Positions 1 through 9,735 of a stretch of DNA of 64,000 nucleotides are shown in pieces. Location of the stretch: the NCBI GenBank assembly GCA_017480565.1, contig JAFVAL010000050.1, positions 22,429-86,428 of the forward strand, given 5' to 3'. How positions within the stretch are numbered: the stretch's first letter is position 1; each line of letters begins with the position of its first letter. The notes below the pieces were generated by a model. The model was given only the letters and a program-made list of their open reading frames with translations. It was not told the DNA's origin and ran no database searches. The translations under genes and the position numbers were made by a program. Source of the DNA: Lachnospiraceae bacterium. GTDB taxonomy: Bacteria > Bacillota > Clostridia > Lachnospirales > Lachnospiraceae.

Positions 1-198
1 GAGCAGCTTAACACCGCGATTATCAACGCATTTGCGCAGAGTACGGCACTTCTGGGAATGTACAAAGTCTTGTGCGAAGATTATGACGGGATGAACATGA
101 TTCTCAAAGCGAGAGCACTTTCCTCGCAGGGCGTCAACCATCGGATTACTGTGCTTAAAAAAGCATGGAAGGCGCAAGGAATTACATTTGCGCTGTAA
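1..198 (+). CDS. 3' end of an unidentified CDS (start lies upstream of the window)
   Basis: Frame 1 is open from base 1 to TAA at 196-198 (65 aa ending AWKAQGITFAL). A GC-rich hairpin follows 10 nt later. No family recognised. Confidence 0.35.
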   Translation, partial: EQLNTAIINAFAQSTALLGMYKVLCEDYDGMNMILKARALSSQGVNHRITVLKKAWKAQGITFAL

Positions 199-208
199 CA
201 ATAAAATG

Positions 209-233
209 GGACCACCGGTTTAACCGGTGGTCC
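209..233. terminator. Bidirectional rho-independent terminator between convergent genes
   Basis: Perfect 12-bp inverted repeat ggaccaccggtt / aaccggtggtcc, with T-rich tracts on either strand. Confidence 0.6.
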
Positions 234-258
234 TGCTTCGTTTTATATAAATTTTCAA

Positions 259-1431
259 TTAGATACGGGCTACCCCAGTCGCTCTTGCAGCCTCGCTGAC
301 AGCCTTTGCAACGGTAGCGCCGACTCTGGGATCGAAAGCCATCGGGATGATATAGTCTGCGTTCAGCTCTTCGTCAGAGACCAAGCCTGCTAATGCACGA
401 GCCGCAGCCATCTTCATTTCTTCGTTGATATCGCTTGCGCGTACATCAAAGGTGCCGCGGAAGATGCCCGGGAAGGCGAGAACATTGTTGATCTGGTTCG
501 GGAAGTCGGAACGGCCGGTCGCAATGACAGCTGCGCCGCCTGCTTTGGCATCATCCGGCATGATTTCCGGGGTAGGATTCGCGCATGCAAAGATGATCGG
601 ATCCTTCGCCATGGTCTTTACCATCTCGGTCGTGACCGTGCCAGGTGCGGAGACACCGATAAAGATATCTGCGCCTTTGATGACATCTGCCAGGGAGCCC
701 TTTTCCATACCACGGTTGGTGACTTTTGCCATCTCTTCCTTGATCCAGTTGAGTTTCTCACGTCCTTCATAGATCGCACCGGTGCGGTCGGTCATGACAA
801 CATTCTGAAAGCCGGCAGAGAGCAGAAGCTTTACGATGGAGATTGCGGCTGCGCCGGCGCCGGAAGTGACGATCTTAACGTCTTCTTTCTTTTTGCCTAC
901 CACCTTGAGGGCGTTTAATAAGCCAGCCAGAGTGATCACAGCGGTTCCATGCTGGTCATCGTGGAAGATCGGGATGTCGCAGCGCTCTTTGAGCTTGCGC
1001 TCAATTTCAAAACAACGAGGGGCAGCGATGTCCTCGAGATTGATTCCTCCAAAGCTGCCGGAAATGAGTGCGACGGTGTTGACGAACTCATCTACATCTT
1101 TGGTCTTGACACAGAGAGGGAAGGCATCGACGCCGCCAAATGACTTAAAGAGAACACATTTGCCCTCCATGACCGGCATGCCGGCTTCGGGGCCGATATC
1201 GCCCAAACCTAAGACTGCGGAGCCGTCGGTAATGACTGCGCAGAGATTGTGCCGCCTTGTCAGATCATACGAACGATTGACATCTTTTTGAATTTCCAGG
1301 CATGGCTGCGCGACGCCTGGGGTATAGGCCAGAGAGAGGTCGTCTTTGGTGGCGACCGGAACAGTTGCGATAACCTCGATTTTTCCTTTCCACTGCTCAT
1401 GCAGCTTGAGGGATTCTTCTGCGTAGTTCAT
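259..1431 (-). CDS. NAD(P)-dependent malic enzyme (short, 390 aa form)
   Basis: ORF track 390 aa. The N-terminus LKLHEQWKGKIEV...LSLAYTPGVA, FHDDQHGTA, and the GAGAAA Rossmann motif are typical of bacterial malic enzymes. Confidence 0.9.
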   Translation of the reverse strand: MNYAEESLKLHEQWKGKIEVIATVPVATKDDLSLAYTPGVAQPCLEIQKDVNRSYDLTRRHNLCAVITDGSAVLGLGDIGPEAGMPVMEGKCVLFKSFGGVDAFPLCVKTKDVDEFVNTVALISGSFGGINLEDIAAPRCFEIERKLKERCDIPIFHDDQHGTAVITLAGLLNALKVVGKKKEDVKIVTSGAGAAAISIVKLLLSAGFQNVVMTDRTGAIYEGREKLNWIKEEMAKVTNRGMEKGSLADVIKGADIFIGVSAPGTVTTEMVKTMAKDPIIFACANPTPEIMPDDAKAGGAAVIATGRSDFPNQINNVLAFPGIFRGTFDVRASDINEEMKMAAARALAGLVSDEELNADYIIPMAFDPRVGATVAKAVSEAARATGVARI

Positions 1432-1491
1432 ACTTTTATTCTCGCTTTCTTTTTATTGATGCAGCCTTTTTAGAAAGGTTTCAATACTATA

Positions 1492-1995
1492 TTAGTGAAA
1501 TGTTTTCTCAAAAGCAAGTCTTGGATCGTGATCTTCGTGAACATAAATGGTTCCACAGTGGGTAAAACCTAGTTTGTGCAGCAGATTTTGCATCACAACA
1601 TTATCTCCGTGGGTATCGATGCGAAGATGACCACACTGTTCATATGCCCATTTTATGCAGTAGGTACCGATACCTTTTTCGGAACCATCGCCCGCGATCC
1701 GGTGCACAACGCCGTAAGGGGAGTCATCCATCCAGGCACCGTCGTCGATCTGAAGATAAGTTGGTTCGATGTCTTTCCCAAAGAGATAGAAGAAGGTGCC
1801 GATGACCTTACCGTCATCATTGGCGCAGACATAGCTGTGACCTGCCGCAATGTCTTGCACAATCAGGTCGAGGGGTGGCCATTTGTTCGGTCCCCATTGA
1901 TTGGGATTGCCGTGATCTGCCATAAACTGGCGTGCGTAGGCGTAGATCTCCATGATGCGGTCTAGATCTTCTTTTGTGGAATGTCGAATCTGCAT
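1492..1995 (-). CDS. GNAT family N-acetyltransferase
   Basis: The 180-aa ORF has GNAT-like size and sequence pattern. Start moved to the internal ATG (MQIRHSTKEDLDRIMEIY) because the longer ORF would run into the tRNA terminator hairpin at 2039-2062. Confidence 0.7.
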   Translation of the reverse strand: MQIRHSTKEDLDRIMEIYAYARQFMADHGNPNQWGPNKWPPLDLIVQDIAAGHSYVCANDDGKVIGTFFYLFGKDIEPTYLQIDDGAWMDDSPYGVVHRIAGDGSEKGIGTYCIKWAYEQCGHLRIDTHGDNVVMQNLLHKLGFTHCGTIYVHEDHDPRLAFEKTFH

Positions 1996-2032
1996 AGGCC
2001 CTGCTTTCTTTTCATAAATAAGCTGATAAAAC

Positions 2033-2062
2033 AAAAAAACTGCGTATCTTTCGATACGCAGT
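2033..2062 (-). terminator. Rho-independent terminator downstream of tRNA-Glu
   Basis: On the minus strand: 10-bp stem actgcgtatc / gatacgcagt, 4-nt loop, then a T7 run. Confidence 0.6.
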
Positions 2063-2065
2063 TAG

Positions 2066-2137
2066 CAGTTCGTAGGGGAATCGAACCCCTGTTTCCGCCG
2101 TGAGAGGGCGGCGTCTTAGCCCCTTGACCAACGAACC
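2066..2137 (-). tRNA. tRNA-Glu (anticodon CUC)
   Basis: Reverse complement folds by hand as a cloverleaf: GGTTCGT acceptor, anticodon stem CCGCC/GGCGG with loop CTCTCAC, T arm AGGGG-TTCGATT-CCCCT. It closely resembles the E. coli tRNA-Glu core. CCA is not encoded. Confidence 0.85.
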
Positions 2138-2147
2138 AAGCATAGGT

Positions 2148-2176
2148 AGTATACCGAAGATTTCCTAAAAATGCAA
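2148..2176 (-). promoter_or_regulatory. Sigma-A type promoter for tRNA-Glu
   Basis: Minus strand reads TTGCAT, 17 nt, TATACT. The -10 ends 10 nt before the mature tRNA 5' end. Confidence 0.5.
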
Positions 2177-2235
2177 GTGGTTTTTTAAAAAATTTCAAAA
2201 AACTTGTTTTGACATTGTTATGTCACTAGATCCAA

Positions 2236-2769
2236 TTACGAGTTGGATTCCGGGATAAAGAGAACCTCGTAGAGATAATCATAAACTTCTTTGTGGTAGC
2301 GTTTAAAACGGTCTGCCACGTGGGTGGCTTCATCCTCGGTATCGGCATGCAGTTTCATCTCTAAAAGAAGTGCATCCTGCTCGATGAGCTGAACAGTCAC
2401 CCGATATCCACCGGCTGCGTCCTTGGTATAGTCCGTGCGGACAGAAGCGGTTTCACGCAAATGATACCGATTTACACGCATGTATTCATCCAGATCGCGT
2501 ACGATCACGTCCGGAATCTGGTTGCCAAAGTACTCCAAAGACTCCCTGCCAAGCGGTGTGAGCTCATAGGAGGACGTATTGAGCCTGGTTTGCACGGTGA
2601 GCAGTTCTTCCTCAACCATCTCATTTAAAGACTGCTGTACGTCAAAATAAGAGGCGTAGCCGCGGTCTAAGAGATAGTCGCAGATCTGTGCATTGCTGAG
2701 CGCAAAGTTCACCCGGTTTAACATCTTACAGATGATGAGCTTATATAAGGTAAATGTTTCGGAACTCAT
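2236..2769 (-). CDS. DUF4364-like putative transcriptional regulator
   Basis: Sequence from MSSETFTLYKLIICKML... matches my recollection of the DUF4364 family. Start set at the ATG forming an ATGA overlap with the upstream radical SAM stop. The longer track ORF (2236-2865) overlaps that gene. Confidence 0.65.
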   Translation of the reverse strand: MSSETFTLYKLIICKMLNRVNFALSNAQICDYLLDRGYASYFDVQQSLNEMVEEELLTVQTRLNTSSYELTPLGRESLEYFGNQIPDVIVRDLDEYMRVNRYHLRETASVRTDYTKDAAGGYRVTVQLIEQDALLLEMKLHADTEDEATHVADRFKRYHKEVYDYLYEVLFIPESNS

Positions 2770-3725
2770 GTTGTGTGCCTTTCCTGATAACGGCAGCCCT
2801 GGCGGATGCCGCGGGACTTCAGTTCGTGGTGGATGTGGTTTAACACCTGGCCTTTTTTCAGACACCAGGCAGGTCCAAGTAACAGATCCTTCGGCGGATC
2901 GCCTGTGATGCGATGGATCGCAATGTCGGACCGCAGATGCGCAATGCCTTCGCAGAGCCAGTCAAGATACGCCTCTTCGGTGAGAAGTGCTTCCTGCGGC
3001 ATCTCTTTTGCCAGCACCGTATCCTTTAATAAGTATAGCAAATGAAACTTCACCCCTGCAATCGGGAATTGATTGATCCGGTCGATGGTTTCTAAGAAAT
3101 CAGATTTTGTCTCTCCCGGCAGCCCCAGCATCAGATGAAGCACAACGGGGAGGTTTAATTCCTGCAATCTCTCAAGCACCGGATAGATCACCTCGGTTGC
3201 ATAGCCACGGTGAAACCGTTTGGCGGTTCCGTCATGGATGGTCTGCAGGCCAAGCTCGACGATCACTGGCTTTATTGCGGAAACATTTGCCAAAACGTCA
3301 TAGATCGCATCGGAGAAGCAATCCGGCCTCGTGGCAATCGCGATTGCAGAGACGAGCGGATGAGAGGCGGCTTCTTCATACTGTGTTTGCAAATGTGCGG
3401 GATCGCCGTAAGTGTTCGTAAAGGCTTGAAAATAAGCGATGTAATGTTCGATCCTCGGACGAATCACACGGGCTTTCTTGATGCCTTCCTCTAGCTGCTC
3501 GGTTACAGACCGAGAAGAAGAACCCGCAAATTCGCCGGAACCGCCCGCACTGCAGAAGGTACAGCCCCCGAATCCCAGCGTTCCGTCACGGTTCGGACAA
3601 GTGCATCCGATGTCCAAAGGAATCTTATAAAGGCGCTCGCCAAATGTGTGCTCACAGTACTCCGAAAATGCATAATACTGGCCGGCATAAGGCATTTTCC
3701 GCATATAATCCTGCCACATACGCAT
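2766..3725 (-). CDS. TIGR01212-family radical SAM protein (YhcC-like)
   Basis: 319 aa. Has a CTCPNRDGTLGFGGCTFCS cysteine cluster near the N-terminus and overall TIGR01212-like sequence. Confidence 0.8.
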   Translation of the reverse strand: MRMWQDYMRKMPYAGQYYAFSEYCEHTFGERLYKIPLDIGCTCPNRDGTLGFGGCTFCSAGGSGEFAGSSSRSVTEQLEEGIKKARVIRPRIEHYIAYFQAFTNTYGDPAHLQTQYEEAASHPLVSAIAIATRPDCFSDAIYDVLANVSAIKPVIVELGLQTIHDGTAKRFHRGYATEVIYPVLERLQELNLPVVLHLMLGLPGETKSDFLETIDRINQFPIAGVKFHLLYLLKDTVLAKEMPQEALLTEEAYLDWLCEGIAHLRSDIAIHRITGDPPKDLLLGPAWCLKKGQVLNHIHHELKSRGIRQGCRYQERHTT

Positions 3726-3911
3726 GATGAGAGACCTCCAAGGGTTGATTTTCTGATTTATTTATGATAACATTCTAACTGTACAGATTCAAGTGCAACT
3801 CTGAAGGATGGGAGTATCCTTTATGTTTTCTTGCCTCGTCGCTTCGACGAGATTATCCGTGTATTTGAAAGAATGATTTACGGCCGATGCAGGGCCGTTT
3901 TGGAGGTTTTT

Positions 3912-5822
3912 ATGAATTATGAACAATTGTCGCTTGCAGAACTGAGGGAAGCGGCCAAGGCGCGTGGAATGAAGGGCGTTTCTACGCTGCGCAAGAATGA
4001 TTTGATGGAAGCAATTAAGCGTTTTGATGCGATGAAGACGCTTGAGGAGCCCGTCACGAAAGTAGAAGAGACCGTAGAAGAAGTGAAGGAAGAAGAGACC
4101 GCTGCTGCTGCGCCCAGAGTGAGAACGATTCAGGGTGTGGAGCGGATTGCGCCGTCGGAAGCTGCCCAGGCACCGACCAGGAAGGTGCCGCGCAATCTTT
4201 CTCCAGAAGCCAGAGAGCGGGCTGCGTACCGCACAGGCGTTCCAGTGAGGAGAGAACCGACGACACCTGTGAGAGAAGGCAGAGTGCTCAGAGAAGGCGG
4301 GGTTGTAAGAGAGGGTGCCGTATCCAGAGAAGGTACACCATCTAGAGACGGTACACCATCCAGAGATGGCGTGGTGAGAAGACCTGTACGTCCTGCCGGT
4401 ACAGCAACAAGACCTGAGGGAACGATGCGTCCTGCGGGAAGTGCGATGCGCCCGACCGGTACTACAAGGCCTGTCGGTGCTGCCAGACCGGATGCCTACG
4501 GAGAGACAACGGAGCGTGCTTACGGCGAGAGAACCTATGGCGAGAGCATTTACGGGCAGAGGACGACGAGACCGGAGGCAAGATCTGCGGAAGCTCGTCC
4601 TGTGATGAACCGTGAGATCAAGCGGCCTGAGCCTGTCCGCCCGGAGAAGATTGACGAAGAACTGGCGATTCCTGCGGACATCGAGTCCTTGGATTCCGGC
4701 GAGATGAAGGAAGGTATCCTTGAAGTCATGTCGGAAGGATTTGGCTTCCTTCGCTGCGATAATTTCCTCCCTGGCGAGAACGATGTCTATGTATCGCCGA
4801 CGCAGATCAGAAGATTTAATCTAAAGACCGGCGATATTGTCAGAGGCAATACCAGAGTGAAGACGCAGAATGAGAAGTTCAGCGCTCTGCTTTATATTCA
4901 GAAGATCAATGGATTTGATCCGACAGAGGCGGCCAAGAGAACGCGTTTTGAGGATCTGACACCCATTTTCCCGAATGAGAGAATTCATCTGGAGACACCA
5001 AATTGCCCGATTTCCATGCGGATGATGGATATCATTTCCCCGATCGGCAAGGGGCAGAGAGGCATGATCGTGGCACCGCCGAAGGTCGGTAAGACGACCT
5101 TGTTAAAGCAGGTTGCGACGTCTGTGGTGGCCAATCACCCGGAGATGAATCTGATCGTGCTTTTGATCGATGAACGTCCGGAGGAAGTGACGGATATCAA
5201 GGAGTCGATCGAAGGACCGAATGTACAGGTCATTTACTCGACGTTTGATGAACTGCCTGAGAATCATAAGCGTGTGTCTGAGATGGTCATCGAGCGTGCA
5301 AAGCGACTGGTGGAGCATAAGCAGGACGTGATGATTTTGCTTGACAGTATCACACGTCTGGCAAGAGCGTACAACCTGACCGTCACGCCGAGCGGCCGTA
5401 CATTATCCGGCGGTCTTGATCCCGCAGCGCTTTATATGCCGAAGAAGTTTTTCGGCGCGGCGAGAAATATGAGAGAAGGCGGGAGCCTTACGGTTCTTGC
5501 GACTGCGCTCGTGGAGACCGGCAGCCGTATGGATGAGATGGTCTTTGAGGAATTTAAGGGTACAGGCAACATGGAGATCGTGTTAAACCGCAATCTGTCT
5601 GAGCGCAGAATCTTCCCGGCAATCGATCTTGCAAAGTCAGGAACCAGAAGAGAGGATCTGCTTTTAACGAAAGAAGAGATGGAAGCGAGCACGATCATTC
5701 ACCGCGTTTTATCCGCGGGAAGACTCGATCAGGCCGTGGAACATATCATCGATGTCTTTGAGCGAACCAGGACAAATGGCGAATTTGTGCAGACGATAAG
5801 GAGAATTCGCTTCTCTGAATGA
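3912..5822 (+). CDS. rho: Transcription termination factor Rho with a long N-terminal insertion domain
   Basis: C-terminal 420 aa carry the Rho OB-fold ([14 protein letters not shown]), Walker A ([10 protein letters not shown]) and the RecA-type ATPase core. Start chosen at the ATG 6 nt after GGAGG (3902-3906). The track's 27 upstream codons lack an RBS. Confidence 0.9.
   Translation: MNYEQLSLAELREAAKARGMKGVSTLRKNDLMEAIKRFDAMKTLEEPVTKVEETVEEVKEEETAAAAPRVRTIQGVERIAPSEAAQAPTRKVPRNLSPEARERAAYRTGVPVRREPTTPVREGRVLREGGVVREGAVSREGTPSRDGTPSRDGVVRRPVRPAGTATRPEGTMRPAGSAMRPTGTTRPVGAARPDAYGETTERAYGERTYGESIYGQRTTRPEARSAEARPVMNREIKRPEPVRPEKIDEELAIPADIESLDSGEMKEGILEVMSEGFGFLRCDNFLPGENDVYVSPTQIRRFNLKTGDIVRGNTRVKTQNEKFSALLYIQKINGFDPTEAAKRTRFEDLTPIFPNERIHLETPNCPISMRMMDIISPIGKGQRGMIVAPPKVGKTTLLKQVATSVVANHPEMNLIVLLIDERPEEVTDIKESIEGPNVQVIYSTFDELPENHKRVSEMVIERAKRLVEHKQDVMILLDSITRLARAYNLTVTPSGRTLSGGLDPAALYMPKKFFGAARNMREGGSLTVLATALVETGSRMDEMVFEEFKGTGNMEIVLNRNLSERRIFPAIDLAKSGTRREDLLLTKEEMEASTIIHRVLSAGRLDQAVEHIIDVFERTRTNGEFVQTIRRIRFSE
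4332..4367 (+). repeat. Tandem 18-nt coding repeat (GTPSRD x2) inside a wider degenerate R/P/G-rich repeat region of rho
   Basis: ggtacaccatctagagac followed directly by ggtacaccatccagagat. Flanked by V-x-REG and RP-x-G-T periodic peptide repeats. Confidence 0.8.
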
Positions 5823-5989
5823 TCAAAAAATGCTTATTTTTCCTGTTCCAGACCAAAGAAAATGCTTGCATCTTAAAAAACGTTATGATATAGTATTCAT
5901 GTTGTCTCGTAGAAGAAGCAGAGTCATTCGTGGATTTTCTACCAAAGATGACTTTCATAAATATAGTGGTTGAAGAAGAGGTGAATAAG

Positions 5990-6193
5990 ATGAGAGAAGG
6001 AATCCATCCGAAGTATCAGCAGGCGAAGGTTACCTGTAACTGTGGCAATGAGTTCGTAACCGGCTCCACCAAGAAGGAGATTCACGTAGAAGTTTGCTCC
6101 AAGTGCCATCCGTTCTATACTGGTCAGCAGAAGGCAATCTCTGCTCGTGGCGCGATCGATAAGTTCAATCGTAAGTACGGTTTCACGAAGTAA
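5990..6193 (+). CDS. rpmE: 50S ribosomal protein L31
   Basis: [22 protein letters not shown]...[10 protein letters not shown] is the canonical L31 with its zinc-binding Cys motif. The ATG is preceded by GAAGAGG. Confidence 0.9.
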   Translation: MREGIHPKYQQAKVTCNCGNEFVTGSTKKEIHVEVCSKCHPFYTGQQKAISARGAIDKFNRKYGFTK

Positions 6194-6209
6194 ATTGAAG
6201 TTAAGAATC

Positions 6210-6243
6210 AGGTTGAGGTACTTGCGATCTCAACCTTTTTTCT
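6210..6243 (+). terminator. Rho-independent terminator after rpmE
   Basis: Stem aggttgag / ctcaacct followed by a T7 run. Confidence 0.6.
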
Positions 6244-6283
6244 TTTTATTTGATAATAATTAGATTTATATGGAGGATTTCTG

Positions 6284-7489
6284 ATGAAAGCATCCGGAAT
6301 TGGCGGCCAGGCCGTCATAGAAGGCGTGATGATGAAGAACGGCAGCGAGTATGCAGTTTCTGTCCGCACCCCTGATGGTCAGATAGAGACGATGACTGAT
6401 ACGTTTGTCAGCGCCGGAGATAAGCTGCCTATTTTGAAATGGCCGATTTTGCGCGGGGTTGTCGCATTTATTGACAGCCTTTCGCTTGGCATGAAGACAT
6501 TGACTTATTCTTCGTCCTTCTTCGAGGAGGAAGAGGAAGAAGAGCCCAGTAAGCTTGAGCAGGCGATGGAGAAGCGTTTTGGCGAGAAGTCCGAGAAGGT
6601 TGTGATGGGGGGAACCATCTTCCTTTCGATTTTACTTGCGATCGTGATCTTTATGCTGGTTCCGTTCTTTTTATCTTCTCTGCTTGGAAAAGTGATCCAG
6701 AGCGAAACCATTTTAATCATCTTAGAAGGCATCATTCGCGTGGGCATCTTTGTGCTTTATGTGCTTTTGATTTCCAAGATGGAAGAGATTAAGCGTGTGT
6801 TTATGTATCACGGTGCGGAGCACAAGTGCATCAACTGCGTGGAGAATGGCCTTCCGCTTACGGTGGCAAATGTAAAAAAGCAGGGCAGACAACATCGCCG
6901 CTGCGGCACAAGCTTCTTGCTTTATGTCATGTTGATCAGCATTATTTTGTTTATGTTTATCCGGGTATCGTCCCCGTGGCTTCGGATTTTGTTCCGCCTG
7001 CTGCTCATTCCCGTGATTGCGGGCATCTCTTATGAATTTATTCGTTTAGCTGGACGTTCGGATAACATTTGCGTACGCATCTTTAGTAAGCCCGGCCTTT
7101 GGCTGCAGTCGCTTACGACCAAGGAGCCGACCGATGAGATGATCGAGGTTGGCATTGCTTCTGTGGAAGCTGTCTTTGACTGGCGTGAGTTTATCAAGGG
7201 TGTGACTGCAGAGGATCAGATGGCGGAGCGCAAGGCACGCCGAGAGACGCGCAGAGAGCAGAAGAAGCAGGATGAGGAAAAGCGTGTCGAGAAGACCTGG
7301 AAGGAGATCCGGGAAGAGGAAGAAGCAAAGCGTCAGGCAGAAAGACCAGAGCGCCCAGTAAGGCCTGCGAAGGAAGATCTGTTTGACGGAACGACGGATG
7401 AGCTGGAGAAGACCGCTCCTGTCATCGAGGAAGATGAGCTCGACGATATCGATGATATCCTTGCGCAGTATTCTTCCAGAGGACGTTAA
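6284..7489 (+). CDS. DUF1385 (YqhQ-like) membrane protein with a charged C-terminal tail
   Basis: GGQAVIEGVMM start, YHGAEHK motif and several TM segments. Conserved position upstream of prmC/prfA. The last ~100 aa are a K/R/E/D-rich extension. Confidence 0.8.
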   Translation: MKASGIGGQAVIEGVMMKNGSEYAVSVRTPDGQIETMTDTFVSAGDKLPILKWPILRGVVAFIDSLSLGMKTLTYSSSFFEEEEEEEPSKLEQAMEKRFGEKSEKVVMGGTIFLSILLAIVIFMLVPFFLSSLLGKVIQSETILIILEGIIRVGIFVLYVLLISKMEEIKRVFMYHGAEHKCINCVENGLPLTVANVKKQGRQHRRCGTSFLLYVMLISIILFMFIRVSSPWLRILFRLLLIPVIAGISYEFIRLAGRSDNICVRIFSKPGLWLQSLTTKEPTDEMIEVGIASVEAVFDWREFIKGVTAEDQMAERKARRETRREQKKQDEEKRVEKTWKEIREEEEAKRQAERPERPVRPAKEDLFDGTTDELEKTAPVIEEDELDDIDDILAQYSSRGR

Positions 7490-7492
7490 TAT

Positions 7493-8326
7493 ATGACCGT
7501 CCGTGATCTGCGAAGACTCGGTGAGAGAACGCTTTCTGAGGCCGGGATTTTGGAGGCAAGCGTGGATGCCAGATATCTTTTGGAGGACGTGCTTGCCTGT
7601 TCTTATACAGAGCTTCTGATGCGCCTTGAGGAAGAGATTTCTGAGGATGTGGCCGACAGATATCTGGCTTTGATTGCAAGAAGATCGGAGCGGATTCCGC
7701 TGCAGCATCTTCTTGGGAAGGCATCCTTTATGGGTCTCACATTTCTGGTGACACCGGATGTGTTGATTCCGAGAGCGGACACCGAGGTTTTGGTGGAGAC
7801 TGTGCTTCCTTTCTGCAAAGGGAAGGAGGTACTCGATGTCTGCACAGGCTCGGGCTGCATTGCGATCAGTCTCGCAGTGCTTGGTGGATGTAGCCGCGTC
7901 GTGGCGAGTGATCTCTTGGAGGAAGCGCTTGTGGTTGCACGAGAGAATGCGAAGCGCCTTTGCGCCGAAGTTTCCTTTATGCAGAGCGATTTATTTGCAG
8001 AGATGTCCGGGCGGTATGATGTGATTGTCTCCAATCCGCCTTATATCCGCACGGAAGAGATTGCATCTCTGGCACCTGAGGTCAGAGATCACGATCCACA
8101 CCTTGCCTTAGACGGCGGAGAAGATGGACTTTCGATCTATCGCAGACTGATCGGGGAAGCCCCGAAGTATTTGAAAAACCATGGCTTGATCGCGCTGGAA
8201 ATCGGTGCGGATCAAGCCTTTGATGTACAAAATCTGATGGCGGAAGCCGGGTTTATTAAGATCCATGTGAAGAAAGATCTTGCCGGGCTTGACCGCGTGG
8301 TAATGGGATATTATGAGTATGTTTGA
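7493..8326 (+). CDS. prmC: Release-factor glutamine N5-methyltransferase
   Basis: [13 protein letters not shown]-binding motif and NPPY catalytic motif. Adjacent to prfA. Confidence 0.85.
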   Translation: MTVRDLRRLGERTLSEAGILEASVDARYLLEDVLACSYTELLMRLEEEISEDVADRYLALIARRSERIPLQHLLGKASFMGLTFLVTPDVLIPRADTEVLVETVLPFCKGKEVLDVCTGSGCIAISLAVLGGCSRVVASDLLEEALVVARENAKRLCAEVSFMQSDLFAEMSGRYDVIVSNPPYIRTEEIASLAPEVRDHDPHLALDGGEDGLSIYRRLIGEAPKYLKNHGLIALEIGADQAFDVQNLMAEAGFIKIHVKKDLAGLDRVVMGYYEYV

Positions 8327-9398
8327 TCGATGTGAAGATGTGCTGCATCGCTACCAGGAGGTGGTCGATGAGCTTGGGGATCCGGGCGTGACCGCGGATC
8401 CGGCACATTTTCGGGATCTGATGAAGGAACAGACCGATCTGACACCGCTTGTCGAGGCTTACACGTCCTACAAGAATAAAAAGGCGAATATCGCGGAGAT
8501 TCTTGAGATGCTGGAGGCAGAGTCCGATGAGGAGATGCGGGATCTGATGAAGGAAGAGCTCGCAGAGGAGCGCAGACGTCTGCCGGAACTGGAGCAGGAG
8601 ATGAAGATCTTGCTGCTTCCGAAGGATCCGAACGATGAGAAAAATGTTATCGTGGAGATTCGTGCCGGCGCCGGTGGAGATGAGGCTGCTTTGTTTGCCT
8701 CCGAGCTTTACCGGATGTATGTGCGTTTTTCTGAGCGCAATCGCTGGAAGACAGAACTGATTGATGTCAATGAGAACGGCCTGGGCGGCTTTAAAGAAGT
8801 TTCTTTCATGATCACCGGGAATGGTGCTTTTTCTAAATTAAAGTATGAGAGTGGCGTGCACCGCGTGCAGCGTGTTCCGGTGACGGAATCGGGCGGACGT
8901 ATTCATACCTCCACGGCGACCGTTGCGGTGCTTCCGGAGGCGGAAGAGGTGGAGGTGCATCTGGATCTCGCAGATTGTAAGTTTGATGTGTTTCGTGCTT
9001 CCGGTAATGGTGGGCAGTGTGTCAATACGACAGACTCTGCGGTCCGGCTGACTCATTTGCCGACCGGAATCGTGATTTCCTGTCAGGATGAGAAGTCGCA
9101 GATCCAGAACAAAGAAAAAGCCTTGAAAGTTCTGCGTGCAAGGCTGTATGATATGGAGTGTCAGAAGGCGCATGATGCGGAGGCGGAGGCGAGAAGAAGC
9201 CAGGTGGGTACCGGTGATCGCTCGGAGAAAATCCGCACCTACAACTTCCCGCAGGGGCGCGTTTCCGACCATAGAATTAAGCTGACGACGCATCGCATTT
9301 ATGAGATTATGGACGGTGATCTTTTCGAAGTGATCGACAGTCTCATTGCGGCAGATCAGGCAGCAAAGCTGGCAAAGATGAATCAGGCTGCATCCTGA
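8313..9398 (+). CDS. prfA: Peptide chain release factor 1
   Basis: GGQ motif ([19 protein letters not shown]), [10 protein letters not shown] region and RF1-like length of 361 aa. No in-frame stop or frameshift as seen in prfB. Confidence 0.9.
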   Translation: MSMFDRCEDVLHRYQEVVDELGDPGVTADPAHFRDLMKEQTDLTPLVEAYTSYKNKKANIAEILEMLEAESDEEMRDLMKEELAEERRRLPELEQEMKILLLPKDPNDEKNVIVEIRAGAGGDEAALFASELYRMYVRFSERNRWKTELIDVNENGLGGFKEVSFMITGNGAFSKLKYESGVHRVQRVPVTESGGRIHTSTATVAVLPEAEEVEVHLDLADCKFDVFRASGNGGQCVNTTDSAVRLTHLPTGIVISCQDEKSQIQNKEKALKVLRARLYDMECQKAHDAEAEARRSQVGTGDRSEKIRTYNFPQGRVSDHRIKLTTHRIYEIMDGDLFEVIDSLIAADQAAKLAKMNQAAS

Positions 9399-9428
9399 TA
9401 AAAGGTGTGAAAGAAAAGGAGTTTATCG

Positions 9429-9731
9429 ATGAATAAGAATTCGAAACTGTTTTCTGTAGTAGGTTATCTCACGTGGATTGGTTGGTTTATCGCACTGCTT
9501 GCAAGGGACAAAAGTGATACACTGGTGCGCAGACACTTAAATCAAGCGCTTGTTTTAAATGTGATCTCAATGGTCGCAACGGTTTTGACGCGTCTTGGCG
9601 GTATCCTTGCTGTCATTGGTGATGTGATTGCGATTGCGACATTTGTCCTTGCGATCATGGGCATCATCCGTGCATTTCAGATGCGTGAAGACCCTCTTCC
9701 GCTGGTAGGCGGAATTGATGTCATTAGCTGA
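9429..9731 (+). CDS. Small integral membrane protein (DUF4870-like)
   Basis: 100 aa with 3 predicted hydrophobic helices. RBS AAGGAG lies upstream. Confidence 0.5.
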   Translation: MNKNSKLFSVVGYLTWIGWFIALLARDKSDTLVRRHLNQALVLNVISMVATVLTRLGGILAVIGDVIAIATFVLAIMGIIRAFQMREDPLPLVGGIDVIS

Positions 9732-9735
9732 CGCG

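Noticed and set aside
2199-2214. A 13-nt identity aaaacttgttttg shared between 2199-2214 and 26449-26464 (upstream of iorA), as a possible common operator
   Set aside because: The first copy points away from any plus-strand gene and lies upstream of the tRNA-Glu promoter. The shared part is an A/T-rich stretch ending in a -35-like TTGNCA. Two copies with no consistent position relative to genes are not enough.
3831-3911. N-terminal extensions offered by the ORF track. Examples: rho 3831, rpmE 5930, parE 15769, lysA-like 15834, degV 19154, iorA 26470, DAHP synthase 38402, phosphoesterase 38955, antitoxin 44220, rpsP 49259, lepB 51595 and 53019, NlpC/P60 60116, DUF4364 2865, GNAT 2034.
   Set aside because: In each case an internal ATG preceded by a Shine-Dalgarno matches the conserved family N-terminus. 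The extension would overlap a neighbouring gene, a tRNA or a terminator.
7200-7489. K/R/E/D-rich 100-aa C-terminal tail and an E7 run in the DUF1385 protein as a separate feature
   Set aside because: It is in frame and contiguous with the conserved domain. Lineage-specific charged tails are common, and nothing else in the sequence suggests a function.
7046-7708. 220-aa and 100-aa minus-strand ORFs antisense to DUF1385 and prmC. Many similar antisense ORFs occur elsewhere, for example 425-772, 836-1291, 8838-9293, 10472-10930, 17765-18244, 22875-23375, 35780-36352, 48645-49148, 57441-57987 and 60487-60927.
   Set aside because: Each lies wholly inside a gene with unmistakable homology on the opposite strand. 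They lack RBSs and have Arg/Ser/Leu/Pro-biased low-complexity translations typical of antisense frames in ~50% GC DNA.
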